A stretch of DNA of 20,000 nt from Acanthaster planci (Eukaryota): positions 4,063,650 to 4,083,649 of the forward strand of contig NW_019091361.1 of NCBI RefSeq assembly GCF_001949145.1, in the 5' to 3' direction. Made by a program: the position numbers and the translations under genes. The notes under the pieces were generated by a model. That model saw only the letters and a list, made by a program, of their open reading frames with translations, did not search any database and was not told the DNA's origin. Positions 1 through 10,064 of the stretch are shown here, piece after piece. How positions within the stretch are numbered: position 1 is the first letter of the stretch; each line of letters starts with the position of its first letter.

Positions 1-2809
1 TAATTGTTCAGAGATAGAGATGCAAAGGCGAGCGTCTGCTATGTCAAAACGACTGTTTTCAAACAGGAGAAATAATATGTGACAACCCAGGTTCATACCA
101 TGCTATAGTTACGAAACCATTATGAGGTTTGAGTATAAAGCAAAATCATACACTACTTTAACAATTTGCAGCTGGACAAATTCTCATTTGCCAAATTCAT
201 TTAAAATTGGAATTTGAAAGCTGAATAGTTTTTGCACTAGGACATCACAAAATAAAAAATGTGCTCCCCAGCCTTAGTGAAGAACATTCTATGATCAATT
301 TGAGTTTAGTTGTAAATCCTCGCAAAATAGACCCTTTGACTGTTATCTTTTGACTTTGGTCTTTGTCATCTTGTCAAAATATTAATTTCACACCATATAA
401 CTCACGTTCAAATCCAAAAGCTTGAGTTGCAAGAATGGCATACATACATGTACTGATAATCTGACTTAATGCAATATACATATATTTATGTTATCATTTA
501 ATGTTTAGTAATGTAATTGATGTACAGTAACCAGTGTGACTGGGTAGAATAAACCCTGCAGCAAACTGCAGGGTTGGAAATCTTGAAATTAAACACATTC
601 CTCGAGCTTCTAAAATTGCTTGTTATTGTATCCACTTTTTTAAAATCTAATTTATTATTGGACAGTATTTTTGCTTGGCATTATTAGGTCGTTTCCTATA
701 CCTATTATGTATGTGGCTTTTTTAAGGCAATTTCTTTCAGAATTGTCTGGAAGAACAAAGTCAGTGAAAATTTTAAAAAAGCGGCACAGGGTTCATCTGA
801 AGTTAGTTTTTGTCAAATGATCACATTCCCCAAAGTCAGATATATTGATTTTATTTCTAAGAGTTTTTAGTTTTGGTTTTCAGACATTCACAAGGGATCC
901 TTTCCAGCAGCACAAAAATATTCTTAACTTATCAATTCCAAATGAATGGGCACGCGCAGTCCATTCTGAAATGTTTTGGCATTTCATGTTAAAATGGAAA
1001 TGCCTATTAAGTGCAGCCAACCTTGGAAAATTGCAGACATGCAAAGGCAATTCATTTTTAGCCAATGAACGTACTGACGGTGGGCTTTAATCCCTTGTGA
1101 GCTCCCAGCTGGACCAAGAAAGGGGTCAATTTTCCTAGCAACGGAGGCTCCTTTGGTTCCCTGGTTCACAGATGACTAGGAAATGCACGCCTTAATGTTG
1201 CATTGCTACTACCAACCAAATGAACATTTCGCATCAACATGGCTCTTTTCAACGGACGTGGAGGTGCTTCTGCTCAAGGCAGATTAAGGCCAAATTTACG
1301 GACAACTCCAGCCTCTTCTGTAGTGTTTAGACACTCTAACCTGATAACAGGAATTTGGAGTTAGTACTGAAATCAGCCTGATTTAGGGCCTATAATTTTA
1401 AAACAATTCAGTGGTGAGGATCTTGTTGGAAGTTATCAGTCAATTAATTTGGTTCCCATGATACAATGAAAGTGCAGCTTCTTTCATAAAAGACAGCTTC
1501 TGCTTAAAAAGTAGAAACCACACAGTTGGACAAACCTCTCCGAGTCACTTTGCTTTAAGACTTCTTCCTCGAGTGGAAAGCACTCAAGGGAAACGTCCGG
1601 AACATCACAAACTCTTAACAGAAAAGGGGAAAAAAGAATGTCATACCACAGAGAACCTTAGGAGTTAACATTTCAGTGTCAGCATCATCTTTGAGACATA
1701 ATCTGCTGCTATCTCGATGAGGTTTTGGACGCTTTGCAGACGGGAATTTTTTTCCACTGAGGAATTTGTCTCAGTGTTGTGGTCAAGACCATCACGAGTC
1801 CCCACAAGACTGTCACAAGACCAACACAAGACCTCAACCCTGAATTCAAGTCACAAGCTATTCTAATTAACTCCAACAAAAGCATTCCTTTGCACTGCTC
1901 ACCCTGTTACTGGGGACTGGTCTTTCATTGCCTGATCATGCATGGCCTTGACAAACATGGATTTGTCTCTGAGGAATAGCCCCCAGCACAGAAGTAACGC
2001 AGCTGCCGTTCTCTTTTGTGCCACTCTGCTTATGTGTTGAGTTCTTTTAGTGTTGGCTTGTTACACAGTGTACCTGCAACTGGTTTTTCCTTTTTGCACA
2101 GTGCTGTAAAATTCACTGCTTCCTAGCTGCCGACTCAACCTCGCTATTCATCCTCATTAATACTCTACTTTCCAGGTGTCAACAGTGGGGACCACTGGAA
2201 ACCCATGGTGTTGATATGAAGAGCTAGCCACTCAATACAGCTGGAGGGGCAGCGTAATCCCAGACCTAATCAAACTGCTACCTCCGTGGGGAAGGTTGGG
2301 GGGATTGGACTAGCCTGCTCTGCTATAAACTTGATAAAACTACGGGGGAAAAACAACCAATCGAGAAACCATCCAGAAGGGATACTCTATAGGGGTGGAT
2401 TCCCGTGTGGAGACTGTGAAAAATTCACAAGTTGCGAAACGCGGTCTGCGGGGTCCGTGCAGGGTGCAAATTAATAAGGCAGGATCGTGGCAGAGTGCAA
2501 CGAGTTGGCAACAGCAAAGACCCTCCGAGGGAATTCACGTGGCCGCCACCAGCACACCCAGAAAATTGAATTTATAAGATGTACATAACTGCAAGTCATA
2601 ACGAGGGGAAGAGCTCAGCCTGTGAAAGTGAGAGATGCATCATTATCATGCAGGTCTGTCTTCTTGCAGAGGAAGTCTGGGATTCAAACCTGGTAAAAAG
2701 GGCAACCTGTGTGGGCAGAAGACAGCTGAAAAGAACCAAGGAAACTTTCACAGAAAGCAGTGTCACAAGGAAGTCAAAGATAAAACCCTAAATTTTGGAT
2801 ATCAAATAA

Positions 2810-3169
2810 GCTACTTGCGAGTTAAATTTGAATAAAATCTGGTACACTGTGTTATCTGATTGCACAGAAACATAACAATTTGAATTCCACAGACTAAAGA
2901 CACTGTTGCTATACCTCGTGATTCGGGGCAAGCTTTTGCATAGCAACCACCATCTCTGGAATGAGCTGGTTCCTTTGTGCCGTTCTTATCCATTGAGAAC
3001 AGTGTATTGTTGCAAGGTGTCTCTTCTGTAACTAAGCAACAGCTTGCCCCAAATCACGAGGTATACATGTAGCAACAGTGGTTTTTAGTATGAAGAATTC
3101 AAGTTACGTTCATGTGAATTTAAAGAACTCAGTGTTCCAGATTTTATTCAAATTTAACAGGCAAATGGC
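2810..3169. mobile_element. Foldback/palindromic MITE, possibly PIF/Harbinger-like
   Basis: About 140-bp imperfect inverted arms (2810-2947 vs 3028-3169), including an exact 22-bp GTTAAATTTGAATAAAATCTGG (2821-2842 / 3137-3158). Flanked by TAA / TCA (imperfect 3-bp TSD). Confidence 0.8.
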
Positions 3170-4527
3170 TCATTTTGCATCATTCTTCCATGGATCACCC
3201 TTGCCCCTCTCATTCTAAGGAAACCTCCTGCTGTGCAGTCGAACACAGTGTCAAAATGCAATGACCTCCACTCTGCTAAATAATTACATGAAAATTATAA
3301 AACATCAGATTGTTTCCATCAAAAGTAAACCTGAGATATTATTGGACACTCTTCTTCTAAGGCAATGTTTGTGACCGAGAAGCCATTTTAAAATGGCCAT
3401 CACAAAGTTACAGTATAAACACATTTCTTATTTTGGTCCGTTTGTTTTATGTACATGTATATTGCATATACATATCTATTATGCCAACTTCGCCACAAAA
3501 TTCACAAAGTGATGTATCATATATTTCCCAGATCCCTAAAATGCATAGTCTACATGTCGTATGCTGCTGGCCGGTGTGTCAAACTATCCAATCGCTTTGT
3601 GATACGACTGACAAATTCAACCATGACAGTTTTCTCAAAGTCTCACTGAGGTGAAGTTGTGGCATGTCTGGGTACACCAAAACCTTTCACAATTCCTTCA
3701 ATCTGAGGACAATGTCTCAACAATGAAGAGTTACTCACTTCTATGTTTTCATCAACTATTTCTAGCACATGCACTTACATGTATTTCTAGTAACTCAAGG
3801 GTGACAGACATCAGTGAATTGACGAGCCACAAGGTTGTATAATTCTGTCCTTTCGGATTTTATCGTGTTTATTCAAGATGTTACAGCAGGTTTTTCATCA
3901 GCACCCTCAGCAGAATGAGGTAGTGCCAGGCATGCTGCAGGAATCTAGCTCACAAAAAAATAACAGACCTGTGAGCACTTAGATTCTGAGGGAATTACCA
4001 CTGAAACAGACGTATTCACCAATTAACCAAAATGCCACAGACAAGACAAATACAAGCAAATGTTACTTACAACTTATACACATACAGAATTTTGGTAACA
4101 TTATACTTATTTTGTATATATTTGTAGTTGATTGTCACAACTGGATGCAGTTGAAGCCAAAAGATTGAAATCTCATACTCTCCAGTCACCCACTGACTAG
4201 CTTTTGGACTGATCCACTTGAGAAATGTGACATTACTTGGTCACATTTCTAAACTTCTCAGTTTGTCTACTCAGTCTGTTGATGCAATCTAACCCACTGG
4301 GTTGTGCCAGACTGCCCATCTTGGAAAATGGAACAGATATCCTGTTGTCTGTTGAACTTAAAAGGACATACAGGATTAAGAGTTTTTTGGGTTAGCTCCT
4401 GGGGTACAGGTGTAGCTTTGGATCCATTATACCCACCTGTCTTCTCTTGATGACCAGGTTAATAGCTAATTACAGGCCAATGTCTTATGCTAAGAAGCTT
4501 GCTATCCCCAATACATACACATTTACA

Positions 4528-4577
4528 TTTAATTACCCAGAAAACAAAAAAATACAAATGCATTTGTTGTGTTTATT
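4528..4577 (-). terminator. Candidate polyadenylation signals of the endosulfine transcript
   Basis: AATAAA at 4577-4572 is the first canonical hexamer I found downstream of the stop. ATTAAA follows at 4533-4528. Alternatives: ATTAAA 5541-5536 and AATAAA 3873-3868. Confidence 0.4.
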
Positions 4578-4780
4578 TGCTCTGTGCACGCTGCCGCCAT
4601 AGGCATGTAGAGCCTTGAGCTGGCAGCTTTACACAATAAACATAGCCAGTTCAGGGGTTCTTGTGTGTGCTGTGTTAGTTCTGATGCCATGTGATTGGAC
4701 AAAGCGATTCTGACACGACTGTACAAGCTGCCAGTTCCAGGCTCTGCATGCCTATGGTGGCAGTGTGCAAAGAGCAAATA
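4574..4780. repeat. 56-bp inverted repeat (long hairpin)
   Basis: Arms 4574-4629 and 4725-4780 are reverse complements at 50/56 positions; 95-nt spacer. Confidence 0.9.
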
Positions 4781-4826
4781 GAGTATAAAGGACATGGGTG
4801 TCCACTGTCCAGATGTTTGCCTTTAA

Positions 4827-5408
4827 CCACTCCCTGCCGGGGATTCCGGATCCGGACACGTATGCTTTATATGCGTGGCCGGGGTCTCGGACAAAGGGAA
4901 CAGGGCCTTGTAACAAAAGACCGTACTCGGTACAAAAGAACAGGCTGCTGGGAATTACCAACATTTTTTCACTCTCAAAAGTGGAGGTAATCCAGCCTTG
5001 TTTTGAAACAGTATACCATGGTTTGGGGCATTTAGAGCGAGCGGATTACCACCGGGGACAAATGGGCTCCACCACCGCAGCGATGAGCTACACAGCACCG
5101 CTGCGTGCTAATCTGGCCCCTATTGAAAAGAGGTCTGCAGCACACTGAGTCAGGTTTGTGAACAAAAGAAAGCTATATAACACTGCACAATCTGGGCTCT
5201 TTTTACAAGGCTGCAGGCCTGGCTGAAATACTCAGACGTCAATAGATTTTGTCTGTCAGGCTAGAGGGGCCACCAGACAGTCCTTCACATGTTTGTAAGT
5301 GTCCAGAAAATGAAGATAGGAATTTCAAAGAATTTTGAAAACAGACAAAAATGATGAATATCCCGGCCCAGCATCATCAACATTGACAACTGCCCCAGCA
5401 GGAAATGG
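4827..5408. mobile_element. Non-autonomous TTAA-specific (piggyBac-like) DNA transposon, 582 bp
   Basis: TTAA on both flanks (4823-4826, 5409-5412). TIR CCACTCCCTGCCGGGG vs CCATTTCCTGCTGGGG (13/16). Confidence 0.78.
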
Positions 5409-5883
5409 TTAAAAATGTAGAAAATAGACAGTCGTTGGAAACTACCACATAAATTATGCTCGTGCTAGAACAACTACATGCAGTTTGCTGGTTAATGCTT
5501 TGTCGGTCTATTTACACTCAACAGTGGTCAGACTTTTTAATGAAAGGAATCTTGAATTCTGCGTAGCAGTATGCCCAGTAGTTGAGTCAACTTCATATGT
5601 ATGGCGTTAAGCATGTATTGGAGTCCTCCTTGCCAAATCTTGCTGAGCGAAATCTGTCCGTGTCCATTTGGCATAATTTGGGTGCTACGTAGCTTCAAGA
5701 TGACTTTCCCTGTCCTGACTGTTCTGCCCCTCGGGGGCTCATACCAAGACTACAGCTATCGACTGTATAACACGTACATGTACTAGAGGTTTCACACTAA
5801 ACTGTAAAGTACTACTGCCTCATTGCATGTTCCACTGTGCCTTTAGGCGGCTGGTTTGACTGTGCCAACTGCGGCAACTGCCA

Positions 5884-5933
5884 ACTCCCGACAGGCTGTC
5901 AGTTCCTTACTCCCGACAGGCTGTCAGTTCCTT
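5884..5933. repeat. Perfect 25-bp tandem duplication
   Basis: ACTCCCGACAGGCTGTCAGTTCCTT x2 (5884-5908, 5909-5933). Confidence 0.95.
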
Positions 5934-6082
5934 CTCTCCAGGGGATCTTTTTTGAGACTTTACGACTTGGTTAGATTCCAAAACCCTCTCTGCAAAGACT
6001 GGTTCACTCCATTCTCCTCCAAAATTGGCATTATAAGCCCCCCCCGGTGAGAAGAACTAATTAAGGCGATACTATAGACTAT

Positions 6083-6620
6083 AGAGGTTATTCAACGATG
6101 TCACATTGTTACGTGACTTCCCAATAACCACCATATTGGCCGTCAAGCCGTTGCATAGTAACATGCAATTTGGATCAATGCTGAGAAAAAATGACGAATC
6201 CCATGAAAGAAATCGTGTTTTCCGACACTGCTAATGACTTGGATGGAGTTCACAGGGCACAATGTATTTCCAAGATTTGGCAGTACTGTGAGACGAAAGT
6301 CAATGGAAAGTGCGCCAAGTTAGGGAATTGTGCTAATGTTAGCCCTATAAGGCCTACCCGCTTTGAAGTGAAGACTGCAGAGACGCGTGTGAGTTTAGAG
6401 TCCAGTTTGGTGTTGAATTACAGCAATCCATTTTGATCTTTGTTTTTGATTGGCAGGAATCCGATTGCAGATCTTGTGAAGTATCTTCACGATTATGGCA
6501 CCCTTTGGCACAAACCATGCTCGTAGGTGTATTTTCACACGTTACCATGCATGCACTTGACGGCCAATATGGTGGCATAGGCGAAACCACGGACTGTATG
6601 ATATCACGAGAATTTCCTCT
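6083..6620. mobile_element. Internally deleted ISL2EU-like DNA transposon (538 bp)
   Basis: AGAGG...CCTCT termini flanked by AT/AT. About 80-bp imperfect TIRs with an exact 20-mer CCACCATATTGGCCGTCAAG (6128-6147 / 6556-6575). Carries a THAP remnant on minus and a convergent ORF start on plus. Confidence 0.8.
6358..6518 (-). pseudogene. Frameshifted THAP zinc-finger remnant (transposase N-terminus)
   Basis: Across frameshifts it reads MVCAKGCHN.../RIPANQKQRSKWIAVIQ/PNWTLN/THTRLCSLHFKAG, which is the THAP signature C-x-C...P...W...CxxHF. It is followed by a G|GTAGG donor-like site. Confidence 0.8.
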
Positions 6621-8248
6621 ATATCAGACCTCAAACCATGCTATTGTAATAACTACGAGTCTTAGCTGTGTACAGCGCAAGCAAAGGACACCGAAATTTA
6701 CGCACAGGTTGTCTGCTGACGAGAACTCTCTTCGCACCCAATTCAAGCCAATATTGAAACACAAAAAAACCAACAAATGGCAAAGCATACTGTATCTGAC
6801 AGAAAGATTTTGTACACATGTACACGGAGGTCGCTCAATCACTGCACTTATGGATTACACAATTTATATTACGTCCTTCCAGTAATGCTAAAATATTCAA
6901 ATATTATATACATAAACTGAAGGCCTGTCAACTTTTCCAATTTTTTTTTTTTGTGGAAGCGCAAACAGACGGTGACAGCACACAGATCATTTCTGGTGAT
7001 TTCCCTACTTGTCAAGTTTCTGTCATGCAATATATCCAGCTTACCACTGGAATGGGTGCCTTTTGGCAACAGATTAAATCTTAGGGAATCACTGCTTGGA
7101 CTTTGAAAACTTGCAAAACACACTTCTAGGAGGCCGGCGGGGTGGCTTGGAAAAGTGGACAGGCCTTGGCGGACAGCTCAAACATTAAATGTAGGGATGG
7201 CGGTTCACTTTTTACAGGCAGTTGTCCTTAGACAGTCGGAAGGCAGAACCGAAATCCCAACTTCCCTGGATGAGGTTGAAACTGGGCGAAAGTTTGTAAA
7301 CTGTAGCTCCCTCTCTTGGCTCAAATGTGGAAGGGGGTAATACAAGAACCAGTCCATGTCACATTTTGACCACTCGTTTGGATGTCACACTGTACTGCAT
7401 GAAGGTCTGAGCCTTTGCTTTCGACACCTGCTCTTATCTCTGCTGTCTATAGAAACAATTTTTTGGGGTGGCAGAGTGTCCATCCAGTGATCATCAGAGT
7501 GATATGAATGGCTAGTCTTCATTTCCAGCTTCTCAGACACATGTCAGATCCCTGAGTGACCATCATTTCTTAAACTTTGCCTCTTGCCTGATAGAAAGAC
7601 TACAGTGTGTCATGCAGAAATTAAGCCTTAGCCATGCGCAATCCAATGAGAAATCACAGCATGTATGCCCAGGTGTGTTACACTAGACCAGTGCGTTCAT
7701 GAAGCGAACAGAATCTGACATGGAGTCTTTACTTAGAATTGAAAATTCCACCCGAGGCCCACACACAATGATCCCCAAGTAATTCCTTGACCATTCCTTA
7801 AGGTCTGTTCATAAATTCTCTCTTGCTTCACGCTGCTTGACTTCCACTAGAGACCTTGTCACATAACATGCTTCATCGGATCCTCCGAAAGCGCATGTGG
7901 AAATAGAATCCATTTCCCTGCCTTAACTTTCTATTTCAGGTGACCAAGTGCGACCCTTTTAAGTACAGTAAACTTTACACATGCCTGGACTCATGATGCA
8001 AACCGCATGCACTTTTGAGAATGCATAGGCAGAGTTACGGATATCTCGAATGTGTCTTCATAAATTGAAATGTTTAAAAATTTGCAGTAACACAAAGGCA
8101 GTGGATGTAGGTTTCTTATAACATGTGTCGCTGACAAGCCAGAAATAAAGAATTTTTAGACCCTGGGAATGTCGGTTTCATTTCTGCCCCCCCTTTTCCC
8201 CTCTACCTCTTTCCTCCCAGCTCCTCCCACCTTTCTTTTTTCTTCTTC

Positions 8249-8470
8249 TTAAACAGCCAATTTGCTGATTTCCGTAGACTGTTTCCGATGCGGTATGGTG
8301 GCCGGGGTGGGGATGGTCTTTCCAGTGGCTGTGTCCAGGGGAGATGGTGCGGCCAGGGGCATACCCAGCCGGTTCCCGGCCAGGCCGGGCGGTTTCCCGC
8401 TGCCCGGTCTCAGCTTCATCTTACCCGACTGCTTCTCCATGTTGTAATCACCCGAGTCGAAGTATTTCAC
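8249..8470 (-). CDS. ENSA: Alpha-endosulfine/ARPP19-family gene, last coding exon (VKYFDSGDYNM...IPTPATIPHRKQSTEISKLAV*)
   Basis: CAG acceptor at 8473-8471, 222 nt to TAA. Contains the invariant KYFDSGDYNM Greatwall/MASTL motif, TG..IPTP, and the RKxS PKA-type site. Confidence 0.97.
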   Translation of the reverse strand: MKYFDSGDYNMEKQSGKMKLRPGSGKPPGLAGNRLGMPLAAPSPLDTATGKTIPTPATIPHRKQSTEISKLAV

Positions 8471-8938
8471 CTGGTACAGTGTAGGAAAACAAGACAAAAA
8501 AAAAACCCTGAAATAATTTTGCTCGTTGTGAAGTGGACAGCCTTGTAAGTCCAGCAGCTGGAATCGACTCTCTGTGATTCTAAGCCCCTGAGAGTTGACT
8601 ATGAGCAGTGCCTGGTAGTTCTAAAGAGAGGCTGACTCCTGCCTGAGTTCAAGAGTGAATGCTTCTAGGAAACCACAGAATCGGCAGTTCTCATCAATTT
8701 CATCTGTGAAACATGTAACACAAGTTTAAAAAAGTGACTTGGCCTTGTAATGATCTCGATTTAACGATTCATTGAGCAGTTTTTCCTCTGTCGATTTTAG
8801 AGCTTTTCCCCTTGTTTGGGAAGAAGCTGAATGAAGTTGACTCTTAACAGAGTCATGGCTCCAGGACTGAATGGGAATCAAGCGGAAGAAGACGAAGACA
8901 AATGTGCCGGAAGTCAGCACTCAGAACACAATACTTAC

Positions 8939-9037
8939 GCCTTTGTTTAATCTCTTGCGTAGGAAGTCGGAACCACCTGGTTTCAGCTTGCCATATTTTG
9001 CGGCAAGTTTGGCTTCTTCTGTCTTTTCCGGAGAGAG
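8939..9037 (-). CDS. ENSA: Alpha-endosulfine/ARPP19-family gene, coding exon 2 ([33 protein letters not shown])
   Basis: Polypyrimidine-CAG acceptor (9040-9038) and GC|GTAAGT donor (GT at 8938-8937); 99 nt, phase 0. Matches the endosulfine signature SPEK.EEAKL...[13 protein letters not shown]. Not present in the ORF track. Confidence 0.96.
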
Positions 9038-9748
9038 CTGGGGGGAAGGAAAAATGCAGACAAAGTTCTCTCACTGCCCAGGTTAAGATTGGGCACAGAC
9101 ATTAGTGATGGTGACCAAACCTGTCAACTAAGACTTGAGTCTTACAGACCAAAATTGACACCTGTGTTGCATAAAACCTAGCGAGTTGAAGTTGCCAGTC
9201 GACCTTGACATCAAAATCTTACACCAGACAGAAAGAGCTAATCTAAATAACTTGAAAACATGTGAACACCATGACTGCTGACCAAACACGCAACACTGTA
9301 GGTATTATCACAGTCCATAACTATTTAATCACCTAAAGGAAAAAAAATGCATGTAGCACTGCTCCAAAAGTAAGTGGCTTCAAATGTGCGTATGTGCGTT
9401 AGTTTTAACTCCAGCTTGTAAAGGAGCCATCAGGTTAGCAGTGCTGCCCCGATGGTGTACCATTTTTGTCAGCCTTGAGCACTCCACAACCTGTTCTTCA
9501 CATGTATCAGTGCGGAGATTATAACTGGACGGAGACCAGAGAATGATTTAAAATAAAAAACAAAAAAAAAGTCCATTTTAAGATCAAAACTGTCCGGTAA
9601 TTTTTGTTACATTTATTTTTGACTGCAAAAGGGAATAACAACTTTGTAAGAAGATGAAGTGCTCTACAGCCTTGATGTTTGTTCACAAGTATAAATTTGG
9701 GAGGGGGGAGTGTTAGAACACTTGCAGAAATTATGAACCATTTAGGGG

Positions 9749-9784
9749 AAACACTGTCAAGGAGACGTTCCCTTGACAGTGTTT
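9749..9784. repeat. Perfect 14-bp intronic hairpin
   Basis: AAACACTGTCAAGG (9749-9762), 8-nt loop, CCTTGACAGTGTTT (9771-9784). Confidence 0.9.
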
Positions 9785-9860
9785 TGTGTCACTGTTAATT
9801 GAGATTTGCTGCCTGGACCCTTGTGGAGGTGCATTGGCCAGGGTCATTTGTTCTTTGTAC

Positions 9861-10064
9861 CTGCGGCTTGACGTCCAGCGGCTTCTTGAACGATCCCTCC
9901 TGTTTGTTCTCTTTGTCCCCTAGTGATGTCGGCAGAGGGCCGGGCTTGTCCTCGCTGGCTTCGGGCTCCTGAGTAGTCCCCTCCTCGGCCACGGGTTTGG
10001 GTTCAGGCATGGGTTCTGGCTGGGTCGCCTGGGGCTCCTCTGCCTTGATGCTGTCGTCGGACAT
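9861..10064 (-). CDS. ENSA: Alpha-endosulfine/ARPP19-family gene, coding exon 1 (MSDDSIKAEE...KKPLDVKPQ, 68 aa)
   Basis: ATG at 10064-10062 in ACCACCATG Kozak context. The 204-nt exon ends at CAG|GTACAA (phase 0). Acidic/Pro-rich N-terminus splices in frame to exon 2. Confidence 0.85.

Noticed and set aside
548..575. AATAAA followed by a 10-bp hairpin AACCCTGCAG-CAAA-CTGCAGGGTT
   Set aside because: Could be the 3' end of an upstream plus-strand gene or two abutting CAGGG transposon termini; I cannot discriminate, and found no matching partner ends.
4529..4990. Opposite-strand ORFs sharing AASSRL.MPM.A.C.EQI
   Set aside because: Artefact of the 56-bp inverted repeat, not duplicated genes.
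6433..6885. 150-aa plus-strand ORF
   Set aside because: Crosses a transposon boundary, is antisense to the THAP remnant, and has no recognisable domain.
8262..9105. Plus-strand ORFs over the endosulfine exons
   Set aside because: Antisense shadows of the real minus-strand exons.
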